64,000 nt of DNA from Ramazzottius varieornatus (taxonomy: Eukaryota > Animalia > Tardigrada). Both the position numbers and the translations under genes were made by a program. Shown piece after piece: positions 26,071 to 38,661 of the stretch. The notes below the pieces were generated by a model, which saw nothing but the letters and a program-made list of their open reading frames with translations, ran no database searches and was not told the origin of the DNA. The stretch spans positions 8,688,721-8,752,720 of the forward strand of contig BDGG01000001.1 in assembly GCA_001949185.1 (NCBI GenBank), in the 5' to 3' direction. How positions within the stretch are numbered: the first letter of the stretch is position 1; each line of letters begins with the position of its first letter.

Positions 26071-29000
26071 TCACTTCCGGTCAGCGGTGACAGTCAACTG
26101 CATCCCGTACTCTTGATCGCAGCCCATGAAGGAGTCAGACATGAGACACAGCGTCAAGTCGTGCTTGCCGCCTTCAGGACCCGGCGCCAGGAAATCCAGC
26201 TTGACTTCCGCCTTCAGCGAGGAAAAGTTGACACGCTTGATGGAGTACAGCGTGTTGCTCTTCTGCTCGCCCACAACCACCCACCAGCCTTCCTCGCGTT
26301 TCTGCAAGTAAAACAATCATCAACATCCATCCCGTGTAAATGGAAGCTCAGCAAACAGACTAGACAATACTGGTTTTCTAACTGGCGCACATTTACAGTC
26401 TAAATAACTAGAAGCTTGCGCCATCTGAAAGCGCAATCCAATAGAGTTTAATTCTTTCCCTCAAGTGGCGCACATTTTCAGTGTGATTGGTTGATAGTTG
26501 TGCGCCACTTGGAAAAAGATCTTGCCCAGCCTTTTACCTTTTACAAGTGGCGGACGCTCCCAGCCAATACCACTGGAAGCATGCACCACTTGGGAAACAT
26601 CTGCCCGAGTCCGACATACGAGAAAACTATGCTTCTGTAGGCCAAGACTTACGTGTGGGAAGAAAGGCGCGATGACTGTCTTGGCTTCTTCATCCCGGCT
26701 CATCTCCACCTCAATCGTCACGTTTCCACCACTGTAAAAATAAAATCACACTAATAGCCAACGTCTGCAAATGCAATTGCAGAAAACCAATGTTCTTTCT
26801 TACGCTGCAATCTTCTCGGCAGAGATTTTGTGGCTCATGTCGATATTGGGGTATGCATTACAAAACCTGACCACATCTTTCATCTGATCTGCATTCAAAC
26901 CCAGCAGAGCATTCCTGTCAGCGTCCTCCATTTCCATCAAGTCAAAGATGGACTCCACTTTGTTCTCCTCGCACTTTTTGATGAGGGCTTCGGTGAAATG
27001 AGGCAGCTGCTTCAGGTTAGAGTCCTTGGCCCACATGGCTTGCGTGACCATTTGCGACAGTTCCATGGCGGCCAGTGCGGGGCTCCACCAGCCGTTGGAC
27101 GACAGCACGTCCACACAGGCGTAGATCAGACGCATTATCTTGGACAGAATGATCTGGTTCAGATCCGTCTGCATCTCCGGAGGAAGGACCAGGCGGGAAA
27201 GGTGACCTTGCAGAAGAAGGTTGGCCTTGACGTGGGGCTCAGTCACCTGCAGAACAACCGACAAATTTAAAAAGAATAACAAAAGCAAAAAGCGCCTAAA
27301 CCGGAGTCGAACCGTCGACGTCCAGTTCACCGGTCTCACACTTGCCCCATCACCAAATTACCTTCAGCATACCCGAAACGCCATACGGCCGACCAGAGTA
27401 ACGAGATTTCACTACGACTGTATGGCTTGCCAAATTCACAGTCAAAATTTCTAAATTTTGCGGTTCGATCGCCAAAAAAATGCTGTCTCTCACCTTTCCG
27501 CTCTGCGGTTTGTAGGGGACGTTCTCCAACAGCGCCATCAGCCTCTTATCCTCCCTTTGTCTAATGGGAATCTTGCTGAACTCATTAGCCGACGAAATAA
27601 TGTCAATCAAGCCTCGAATCTTAGTCTTCTGATTCAAGCTCAAGCTAAACAGTTCGATGGTGGCATAATTGATATTATAGTAGGCGGCAATCATGCCGAG
27701 GTTCATGGCCTTCAGATCCATCTCATCCTCAATCTCGATGCATTTACACTTTTCCAGGTCGTTCAGCGTCGTCTCGACCAGTTCCGACAAGTGGTCGGAC
27801 AAGTGTCGGCTGGAGGTGTTTTGGAGGTTGTAGTAGTTGGGGTTCTGCGTCAGCCGACGGTACAGGAAGGTCCACGTCAGGTAGTCTACCGCGTCCTGCT
27901 TGTTCTCGATTGTCTTGGTGACAATCTCGGCGTTGAAAGGATCGTGTAGGAAGTGGTCCAAGTGGGACTCGACCGGTAGAGGGTTCAGCAGGAACTTGAG
28001 GAAAAACTCCTTTTTGGATGTCTGACACATCAGTACACAGATGGACTTCTGGTCCAGCAACGGGCGATTGGCGAAATGACCTGGAAAACAACCATCGAGA
28101 TCGGATCACTGTATTCATAAACTTATTCATCTAAATATCGTATCTGGGGCCTCGACCAACAAAGCCGTCAAGATCGTCTCTCTGAGTGGCGCATGCTTGC
28201 AGCCGATAACACTGCAAGCGTGCGCCACTCTTGGGAAAAGTAAGAAAGGTTTACCGATGAGTTGGATGACGTCGGTAACGGGATAATCTTCATACGAATG
28301 GACTTTGCCGTTGTAAGACTGCGTGTCCATGATGACGACCAAGTGAGCTTTGACGTTCAGCGACCAGCAGAGATCCTTCGAGACAACCAGAACCTGAATG
28401 GCGTTGGACTTGAAGAGCAGCTGGACGATGTGGCGATCCTTTTCTTCCAACCCTTCATGAAGATACCTGCCGGAAGAGAAAACACGCCCATTAACAACTC
28501 CAATATTCTCCTTTTTCTCTTCGGTTCAGTCTTTCTTACCCGATCCCATAGAGAAGGGTATTTTTCAACGCCTGGTCCGTCAGCTGGTCCAGGTATAGCT
28601 GCAAATCCTTCGGGGAGCAGTGTAGAAAGGACATGTTCTTGCTCTCTTGCATGATCATGGACAGCGTCATCAGCTCGATGGCTTGCAACTGACTGGTCTT
28701 TCGATTGGGCACGAACACAATGACCGGCTTGGTCGGGCTGTGTCGGACGATGGCGTTGAAGACGGGCTTGTTCATGGCGGCCAAACGTGTGGCGTTATGG
28801 TTGATGTTGAAACCCTACAAGGACGATTGCTTTATCACTCCTGCTTAGAAAGAATACCTACATACATTGCCAAGTGTAAGTACCATGGTACACCAGTATG
28901 CAGGTACGTGAGTGCTCGTAAAAATAGGACCTGCATACACCAGCAAGCGTAACTACCATGGCACAGCGTATGCAGGTGCATGAAAAATGGTACAGTTTCA

Positions 29001-32000
29001 AGTTTGACTTACCTGGACGTGGAGTTCCATGGGGACAGGGCGCGTCTGCGGGTGGAAGTTGAAGGTGTTGGAGGTCGAGCAACCCAGCCAGGTCGCCAAG
29101 TCTTTGGCGTTGGCTAGCGAGTGTGACAATGCCACGATGCGAATGGGCGCCTTCTTCTGCTTGGGCAGCTGGTCGGAGAGGTATCGCATGCGCGAGCAGA
29201 CGACTTCCACTGCGGGTCCTTGTTCTCCACCAATCAACTATGGGTAAAAAAAGACAATTAGACCTCCCCAACGAAAAGCGCCAAACTCCGACTGAACGCG
29301 GAAGACCCAAGTGAGAGAAGCTCAACGCTCATCCACCTACATTCACTACTACTCATGTCGATGTGATGTATGTGTATGTAGGTGCATGAAATCTGCCTCG
29401 ATTTCCAGGGTTTTATGGTTAGAAGTCTTACCTGGAGTTCGTCAACGATGAACAAGTTGACAGCTCGGACATTCGCCCTCTGCTTCCACCTTCTGGACAG
29501 GACATCCCAGTTTTCGGGGTTACTGATGATGATGTGGTTCTGCGCCAGCAGCTTCAAGTCACCAGCAGTGTCCCCAGTCAGGATGCACACGTTCTTCTTC
29601 AGGCCCGTCTTCCCGAACTTGACTTGCCATTCTTCGTACATGTTCTGGGCGATATCTTGCAACGGCGCCACGTACACCACCTATTAAACAAACCAACTCA
29701 AAATAATATTCGAGGCAGCAACAGATTTGAATATTCTTCTTACCTTTCCCTCTGGATTCCGCGAGAAGAGTCTCAGCATGGCGAACTCGGCACAGATGGT
29801 CTTTCCACTTCCTGTCGGTGCTCCGATAAAGACATTGTCGTCCGTAGTGTAGAGCGCGTTGAAGACCTGTGTCTGTACTGGGTTGAAAAACTGGAACTGG
29901 TTCTGGTACAGCGCCTGAAAGTCGGCGTTACCCAAACCATACACCGGCACCGCTTCCAAATCCAGAAGTTCCGTGGGGGGAACGTTCTTCTCGGGAAGAA
30001 CCAGGTGGCGGAATGACACGGCCAGTTGCGTCTCAGACCCAATCCACTTATCCGACACAACCCTACGAACGAGGCAATGAAATTATTCACTTTATGGACG
30101 ACCCCACAATTTCACCTCGAAAAGCCATGCTTTCAGCAGGCTGCACGAATGTGACGAAAGCATGCTTTCACCAAGACTTCTGGGCCGGGTACGTGTGCCC
30201 GGTGTTAACACCACTTCAGCAGCCATGCTTTCGCCATGTCATCAGCATGGCGAAAGCATGAGCTTTTCTGATGTTTTCCGCCAAGTCACACGTATTGAAA
30301 AAACAATCGCTCACCGGATGAAGTACTGCGGAGGAAGTGGTTCGAACATGGGCACGTAGAACTTGACGACATGCTCATCCTCAGCGAAGCGTTGTTTCAG
30401 CAAAAAGTACTCATGATGAAGGATCTCTTCCGAGTTGACGTCTTCGACGAAGATCCAGAAGCCTTGCGACTGTCCGTGGACCTTCTCGTCCCACTGGAAG
30501 TCCGGAGTGATAGTCAGCTCAATCTTCAGTGTGGAACGTGTGATGGGCAGAATGTGTGTGGTCATGTCCAATTTAGGGAACTGATGGACGTATTTATGCA
30601 GCGTCTTGCCCAACTTGGGTTGTCGAATGAGTTCGCCCAACTCTTGCGCGCCCAAGTCGTACATGCGTTCCCAAGGAAAAGCCTTCTTCTCCAGACGCTT
30701 GATGATGTCGTCGGGAAGCTTCTTGAACTGTCGCAAGGGCGACATTGACTGCCACCTGTATGACGGATAATGAGAAGATTAAAATCTGGAAGCAAGGCAA
30801 AGAAACTCAACCAGATGGTTTTTCCAAGTGACGCACATTCATAGGCACCAACACTAGAAACGTAGGCCACTTGAAGAAACAATCAGACTGAAGAAGACTG
30901 TATTCACCAAGTGGCGCACGCCTTCAGCAAATAACACTGAAAACGTGCGCCACTCGAAGAAAACAAAATCGACCAGACCGTTTATCCAAGCGGCGCACGG
31001 ACTCGGTGTTATTGGCTGAAACTGTACGCCACTTGGAAAAGCTATCTTGTGATTTTTGTTTGCCAAGCTTCTGTTCTACTGCTTTCCGAATCCATCGGAA
31101 CATTATTGATGGTGTTTTCTGTTATCCCGGTTTCGGAATAAGAATTATTATTGGAGAAATCATTTACTAGAGAAAGCTTTTCTTACATGCGTCGGTCTAC
31201 CATCTTGCACAGCGACAGCGTCTTCTCGGCTAACTGTGCCCATCCACGGTGCAGGACGATCTCAAAGATGGCTCGAAGAAGTCGAGAAGCTGACTGGGTA
31301 ATGTAGACCATGTCGGACATGAGGGAGAAGCCGTCGAGCTTCAGGTTGGAGATGTAGGCTTGGAGTAGAACGTTGACTTTGGCCGAAGGTTCGTCGATGC
31401 TTTCCTTGATGGGAATGGGCACTCTTTCCATCAGCTTCTGCAACTCTAGCTTTTCTTCTTCCCTCACCGACATATGTCTGAACTCTCCTGCAAATCAAAT
31501 TACAGTTCGAACATGAAAAATAAAATCCAATTCTCCACCGCGAAAGACAAAAGTTATTCTGGAAATTCTTTCCGGGAACGTTTTGAATTTACCTGAGAGG
31601 GAGAAGACGCGGAACAGTTCGATTTCCGTCAAGGTCGGCTTCAGCAGCTGGTTGTAGGTGAAGATGGTTTCATGGGTGCAGTAGAAGTAGGAAGCGATGC
31701 GACCAAGGTCCGTCACTTGCAGGTGGCCGCCCTTCTTGTCGTACTTGACCAGCTGACTCTTCTCCAACTGCACCGCTGCCGTATGAACAATGTCTGCCCG
31801 AAACTGCTCCAACTTCGGGTCCAGCTCGGTGTACTCTTGTGGAACTGCATACAATGTCGGATTCCTGTAATACAGAACAGGTTTATTAACTCAACAAAAA
31901 AGCTGCTCGGAAAACAAGCTCGACAAGTCTGTTTTTTTCAAGTGGCGCACGTTAGCGATATCACTGGATAAGGCCGTGCGTCACTTGGAAACACAATCCT

Positions 32001-35000
32001 ATCGAGTTTGTTTCATCAAGAGGCGTACGTTGCCGGTAAAACTGAGTGGAAGCGTGCGCCGCTTGAAAAAAAATTTTTGTCGAGTCTGTCAGTCTATTGA
32101 TATGTTCCTAATTAGTTCAGGTGTAAATAAACATCACTCTTCAAAATCCCAGTCATCAAGTTGATAGTAATTACAGTAAGTACCTCATCATTCGGATGTA
32201 TAGGTAAGTGTATCCCAGCCACTCCACTGCATCTTTCGCTGTCTGGATACTGCCCAGCACCAGCTCGGCATTCAGCAAGTCGGCCACCTTGCCCACCAGT
32301 TGACTTTCGATGGGCAGCTGTTGGTTCATCAGGGAGAGGTAGTACAGCAGCTCCGATTGGTTAGTGATCAGGATGCCTTCACCTTCCCTGTCGTACTGTG
32401 GTCGACCGGCGCGACCCATCATCTGCATAACGTCCAGAGCACCCAGCTCGGTCCATCGACCCTTTTCCGGACTGTAGATCTGCGTACCTACAATAATACA
32501 CATCGACTCAACTCCGGAAAATTTTTTGTTCGACTTAAAACAAAATTATTTTTGAGCAAAAAGAACAATGATAAAAAAGTTGAGTGTTTGAAGATAAATG
32601 GAGACGACTACCAAGAAACGGTCGTCATCTCGAAGCTAACCTTCTCGACCTTACTTTTGCCTCAGTATTCCTGCGACCAGCTTCATGAAACTGAAACTGT
32701 CGCTGACTGCCGAGGCCCTTATTATTCCCTACCTCCTACTTCTACAAAAGTCAAGTGAGTCAACAACTTTGACAAGCCTGTTTCCACTAGTGGCGCACGT
32801 TTACAGTGAGACTGACCGAGAGAGTGCGCGACTCAAACAACGATCTTTTCGAGTTTGTTTCTTCGAGAGTGACGCACGTTTGCAGTGTTGTTGGATGTCA
32901 GCGTGCGCCACTTGGTATAACGATCTTGTCGCGGTTGTTTACGACGCCGAGTTTCCAGTTACTCTAAGTTAGCATTTTTCTCGTACCTTTAATGATGACG
33001 GTGTGCGCAGGCAAGTTGACACCCCAAGCCAGGGTAGCCGTCGAAACCAAGACTTGTACGTGCTTGTCCGCGAACAAGTCCTCCACCAACGTGCGATCAA
33101 TGCGCGTCATACCGGCGTGATGGATGGCGAAGCCGAAGGGCAGGAGATCCTTCAGATCCAGATTCTGTAACGAACAAACAATTAGTAGGTCTGTAATGTC
33201 AGGACCTACTAAAAGTCGGAAAGCAATGGTAATGCCGTGAAGACATGCCTCGAACCAGAAAAAATCCTCATTATACTTTCTCCCGGTTTTCCTGTAGAGC
33301 ATACCATGGGGGAAGATATGCTCACTGACTACCAGGACCTTCCCTAATCCCGACCGTAGAAAAGAGAAAATGAAGCAGGTAATCTTACCTTCGTGTTTTC
33401 CACTTCCGCCTTCAGAATTTCGGTCGACGCTGATCCGCTCTGCAGGAAATGCGAAATGGTGTCCTTGTCCAGAGCGGCATCGCGCAGTGCCTTGGCCGTC
33501 TTCGCGGTTTCTTTTCGTGAATGCACGAAGATTAAGACCTACAAGAGGACAAACGTTACAACACTTCTCGGTTGTCTGTCACTCCATTTACGCTGTTGCA
33601 ACCGACAGCCAGGATGCATTCAAGCATCTTTCTTAGAGATATCGTGTACCTGCAGACAAGGTACCAATTGCTTCACCAGTACTCAAGTATGCAGGTACGT
33701 GCGAGAAGAATCACGTATGCTTACGGACTTGCCAGAATTCAAACTACACTCCAAACTCAAACCTGATTCCTTCCGGCGTGTTCCATAACTTTCTTGTAGA
33801 CGATATCGTTCATCAGCTGATATCGCTTGATGGCTTTCTTCTCCGTGATGCCGATGTACTGTTGTTTCAGCGGCACTGGACGATAGCTGCAAAACAGACA
33901 CATAGCTCACACAACGACGGGAAAGACTACAGGAAAACGGATTTTTACCTGTTATCAAAGTAGAACAAGCCATTGGCTTCATCGCTGCCTACTCTCAAGA
34001 AGTGAGCGACGTCTTTGAAGTTGGGCAGCGTGGCCGACAGTCCCACCAGCCGAATCCTCTCTTGGGTCGACTCCATCGTCCGAAGGCTCCTTGCCACCAG
34101 CGCTTCCAACACTGGACCTCGATCGTCATGTAGCAGATGAATTTCATCCTGAAAGAAAAGACAGACATGTTTGAAGATAAATGGAGATCAAAACTAAGAA
34201 AGAGCTACTAATCTCGAAGCTAATCTTCAACTTTGGCTTCTTTTGCCCCGGTATTCCAACGACACAGTTTCATCGAAGTGAAACTTTCGCTGACTGCCGA
34301 GGCCTTCGTTACAACCTTAGCCGCTGAAAGAAAGCTGACTAGTGTGAGATAGTACTTACAAAGACGATGAGCTTAACCAGTTGGGTGTAGAGTCGTTCGC
34401 CGGATCGTCGAGTGACGATATCCCACTTTTCTGGAGTACAGACGAGGACTTGGGTGGCTTCGATGTGCTCTCGAGAGAGCTGGTGATCTCCCGTCAGTTC
34501 ACTCACCACCAACTTGTACGGCGCCAACCTCTGCAACAGACGGAAATTTACAATCCAATAAATAAACCAACCCAAATTTCGACGTTTACGAACTGGGCGA
34601 ACAAGCTCAACAAGGTTTTTTACGCAGTGGCGCACATTATCAGTGCTAGTGGCTGGAAAACTGCGCCACTTGAAAAAAACGATCCCGTCGAGTTTGCTGG
34701 CCGAACTTTCATGAAAAAATGTGATGCAAACGTACCTTGGCGAAGCTTCCAGCCATTTCCTGTACCAGCGACCTCATCGGTGCGATGTAGACGCACTTGA
34801 ACATGTCGGCGTTGATCGTTCCATCTTCGTTGGTGTGGTCTCGGATGACTTGTAGAATGGTCAGCAAGGCCACGTTCGTCTTTCCGGCACCCTAAGGACC
34901 ACAAAAGTTTGACTCCGCGGTTCTCTTTCCCACAAACTTCCGTCAGAATAAAGAAGAAAGAGAAAGAAGCAAAAGCTTCGGCTGTCACGTACCGTCGGGG

Positions 35001-37574
35001 CACAGAGAAGTAGGTTCTTGTTGGACATCAGCGCCGTATCGCACAGCCTACTCTGAATCCTATTCAGCTTTTCGAAACCTTCGAACGCTGGCTGTGCCCA
35101 GTTGGGCAGATCGACAATCTTGATAAACTTCTGCAGATGAAAAAAAACATAAATCGCTTGATAGCTTTCAGGTGGATTCAAAATAAAATTTTAACGGGAG
35201 CTGAGGAAGCAAACTGGACAAGGCCGTTTACCGAGTGGCGCACCCTTCCCGTGGTACTGGCTACAGCGTGCGCCAGTCGATGAGATGTTTTTTTTAAATG
35301 GCGTACTTTTACGGTGATGATGGATGAAAGCGTGCGCCAGTTGGTAAAACGATCTTGTCGTGATTCGAAATGGACCTGCTAAATTTCTCCATAAACGATT
35401 CAAGGTTTTGTTACCTCGTTCTCGCCCATCGGTCTGACGGCAGGAGTGGGAATATGAATGATCTCGTAGCCGTCGGCCTTCCTGTCCTCCCTCTGCGTTC
35501 CATTGGGCATCTGGATCTTCCGGGTGGCCATGTAATGGCTTCCCTGCTGGAATGTCATCTCGGTCAGGTCCAGCACCTTCCTCGCGCCGGCCACCTGTCC
35601 TCCTGTCTCGGTGCCACCTTCTTGGTCAACTTCCATGTTCAACTGTGCTTCAATGTTGGCCTTGCGCTGCTTGATCCTCCGTTGCTGCTCTTCTAGAATC
35701 TGGTCAACCTCGTCAGAGCTCTCCAGCGCCGTCACGATGGCGGCTAAAGCTGGATCGGAGCTCATCTGGCGCTTGATCTGCTCTTGCTCGTCCTTGGTGG
35801 CTGAGGCCAAAACTGTACACCTGAAATACACAAAATACAAAAACTGTAATTAATGTGAACGCCTGACAACTGCAAACAAAATCGCACTGGAACAAAATAG
35901 ATCACGGAAGCTCTGCAAGCAAACTAGACAGGTTTCTGCAAGTGGCGCGCGTCATCGGTGTTATTGGCTAGTCACGTGCGCCACCTGAAACAACGATCGT
36001 GCCCAGTTTCATTGCCGAGGTCTCATACGGATAACATATTTTTTTATTCTGACCGTTAAAATAAGTCTCACCCTTACCAAAAGATCATGTTGCGGTTCTT
36101 GCGCAGCGTGCGGATCATGTCGAAGTGTTGCGTACCGAGGAGGAGGACCAGCTTGTTCTCGAGATCCCGGTCGTCTGCGGCATTTTTCAAAACGTCCAAG
36201 ACCTTCTGGGCCATTTCTTGTGAGACGACAGGATCGGCAAAGCTGGTTCGAACGCGTAGCTCACGCTGCAACCAGTGGGCATCAATGTCGCGAGGCCGCA
36301 GCTCTTTCTTGGCGTTTAGAGAAGCGAGAGTATCGTGCTCTGATCGCGTAAGCTGTAAAAATCAAAATCGATATAAACCCGAGAACTCCAGAAATACCTG
36401 ATCTTCTCTCGTAAAGCACGAAGAATTCGACGTATAGGAGAATAAGAGAAAAAAACAATAAGTTCTTACGTTGGCTTTGAGGGTAGCATCCGACGTGTCC
36501 TCGCCGTCCTCCTCTTCGTCCACATCTTCGGTCTCTTCTTCCCGTATTTCCCCATGGACATCTTCATCACCTTCTTCGTCTGACTCCTCAAACTGCACGT
36601 TGACACCCACAGTTTCATCGACATTCTCGTCTGCAGGGCCCGATGCAAAGTCGCCAGAGCCAAAATCTGTGATTTTTTTACCTAAATTGACCAGCTTGGC
36701 AAAGTTCTCGTCGGTCAACGGCCCGATCAGCACTTCCACCTCCTTCTTCCTTTCTCTGTCTTTGATCTTGTCGTTCTTTAACGTCTCCAGAATCTCGTCA
36801 CCGGCCCCACACAGGACATCTTGGGGCTATATTGAACAAAAAAAGTAACCACACTTTTCAGGCACCTGCATACGTAATGACACAGTAACACCCGAACAAA
36901 GCATATGCAGGGGCGCGACGCAGTTCAACATGACTGACGGATATCGTAACAATCAACAATCAACCACTAACCTGATCGCCCAAGGCTTCTTGGATGAAAT
37001 TCAGCATCACCTCGTAGATGCCTCTTGTCGTCGATGTCTTTGGCTTGTACCTCGCACCAGACACTGTGTTCATGGAGGAGTTAAGAACAGAGGTTCCTTT
37101 CCTTGTCGTGAAGTCCCTCTGATCATCATCGCGCTTCGCTCGTCTGAAAGAAAATCAACACGATTGATATTATACTCGTAACGATGAGTTATTTTTCCAA
37201 ATTGCACCATTTTCAGAAACGGTTCTACAGACTGATCTTTCGATCGTATTCCCATGTTACTCCCTCATACTTGGCTCGTTTCTCTTCCAAGCTGGTAGGC
37301 CTGTTCCGTTGGTAGCGGTCTCCCATGCGACTGCCGAGGAGCTTGCCCGAAAGCGTCTGCACTTCACCTGTCGGCTCGTCTTTCGGACGGCGGTCGATCA
37401 AACTCCTGTCCGCTTGCAGCACCAAGTTGGAATTCTAAACACCAAGCGCTTATCAGTTTCATTTACCATTACAGAACTCGGACATAACACCAATATAAAG
37501 AGCAGAGAGGTGCAGGAACAGGTACATACCGCCTTGTATTCATACTGAGTGCTGCGTTGCGCATCCGTGGCCAT
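26071..37574 (-). CDS. SNRNP200: U5 snRNP 200 kDa helicase Brr2, many exons
   Basis: [15 protein letters not shown]|[16 protein letters not shown]; two Ski2 helicase cassettes (LCAPT|[41 protein letters not shown]); Sec63 domains; ends [11 protein letters not shown]...RK*. Confidence 0.97.
28929..28977. repeat. Family B unit ACCTGCATAC-N29-GTATGCAGGT (SNRNP200 intron)
   Basis: Perfect 10-bp arms. Other units at 2196, 33648, 36864, 50539, 50614, 61348 and 61462. Confidence 0.8.
32582..32718 (-). ncRNA. Predicted intronic box H/ACA snoRNA (copy A)
   Basis: Hairpin GCCTC...GAGGC, H box AAAGTA, hairpin GAAGG...TCTTC, ACA 3 nt from the end. Sense to the SNRNP200 host; paralogous to 34165-34305. 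Confidence 0.8.
33194..33339 (-). ncRNA. Predicted intronic box H/ACA snoRNA (copy C)
   Basis: Hairpin TCCTGGT...ACCGGGA with the pocket AGTCA/AGGAA shared with copies A and B, H box AAAGTA, hairpin AGGATTT...AGGTCCT, then ACA. Confidence 0.7.
34165..34305 (-). ncRNA. Predicted intronic box H/ACA snoRNA (copy B)
   Basis: Hairpin GCCTCGG...CCGGGGC, H box AAAGAA, hairpin GAAGAT...ATCTTC, then ACA. Pocket sequences are conserved with copy A while the upper stems have diverged. Confidence 0.8.
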
Positions 37575-37921
37575 CTTGCCGTCACTGCCTTATCCCCCGT
37601 CGATAAATCTCACAGCTCCCGACAAATTAGTCAGCTCCTCATCCAACGCTCACAGTTTCTGGCATACAGATGTCTATTTTCACCAAAGATTGGTTTTTAG
37701 AAACACTGAAGACGGGAGAGTGAAGATGATAAAAGTTCTGAAGTCTACACTTTCCCTCAAAATTTTGCTGCAAATGCTTCTGCGGCCTGCCCACTGGCCC
37801 AAAATCTGCACCAGTAGTAGTCGGGCGAGCACTACGATCGACGGGAACCAGGTGGAAAATCCGCTAGAAGGGGGCGGGCCACCCGGCCGCCGGCCCTGCG
37901 AGGTCGAGTGCTTGCAAGGTC

Positions 37922-38477
37922 ATCTGGCACGGCCTTGTGCCGAGCTGGAAGTTCTCTAGCGAGGTATTTGGAGAAATCTTTCGAATCTTCTGGGTTGTTG
38001 TTCGCACGTTCACAGGTGGCCTAACCGAAAGCAGCAAACGAGCAGCTGCCTCTGTCATCAGTCTTCCCGAATGGACACCGCGAGAAGAGGAGCTGTGCGC
38101 CCTGTAACACTCGGACCAGGCTGATCGCCAGGAACCTGCCCGTCGAAGTCAGCGCCTGCCTTTGAACATGTTTGAAGACAACCGGTCAAGAAGGCGCAGA
38201 TACCCCGATGGCTGAGAAGTTTGTCAGTAAAGACCGCGGTGTAGTATACTGGGAGACGACCATGTGGAGATCAGCAATGGGCCGGACCTCTTTGGACGCC
38301 ACCAGCTGACCGCTGTCCATCCTGTCAACGATCACGATGTTGGTCTGTTGTACCGCTTTCAAGGTGTAGCACTTCCTGCGCAACAGCCTTTGAACTATTT
38401 TGCTTGAGGTATTTTACAGAATTGAGCTTGGCAGTTCAGTGCATCTTCTTTATCCATTATCACCCATAAGAAAACAT
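37922..38477 (+). pseudogene. Decayed duplicate of the MRPL39 intron end and last exon
   Basis: Colinear with 23503-24095 (atctggcacggccttg; ccgaatggacacc-cgagaaga; tttgaagacaa; cttcctgcgcaacagcctttgaactattttgc; tctttatccatt), with indels and stops. Confidence 0.9.
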
Positions 38478-38661
38478 GAGTCCATTAATATTCCAGTTCA
38501 CGCCTAACTAAGACTGCGGAAGTGTAACCAATAAAAAATATGGCGAAGCAAACAATGTCGCGAATGAACAGCCAGAGTGGTTCAAGTCGATTTCTCTTTA
38601 TTAGTATCTCCTGCAGAAATACGAACAATTACATCAAGAAAATTGACCTACCACGAAAAAA

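Noticed and set aside
27290-27385. tRNA gene
   Set aside because: A T-loop-like motif is present, but there is no convincing D or anticodon arm.
26830-36848. Plus-strand ORFs of 100-160 aa over SNRNP200
   Set aside because: They are antisense shadows of coding exons with no recognisable domains.
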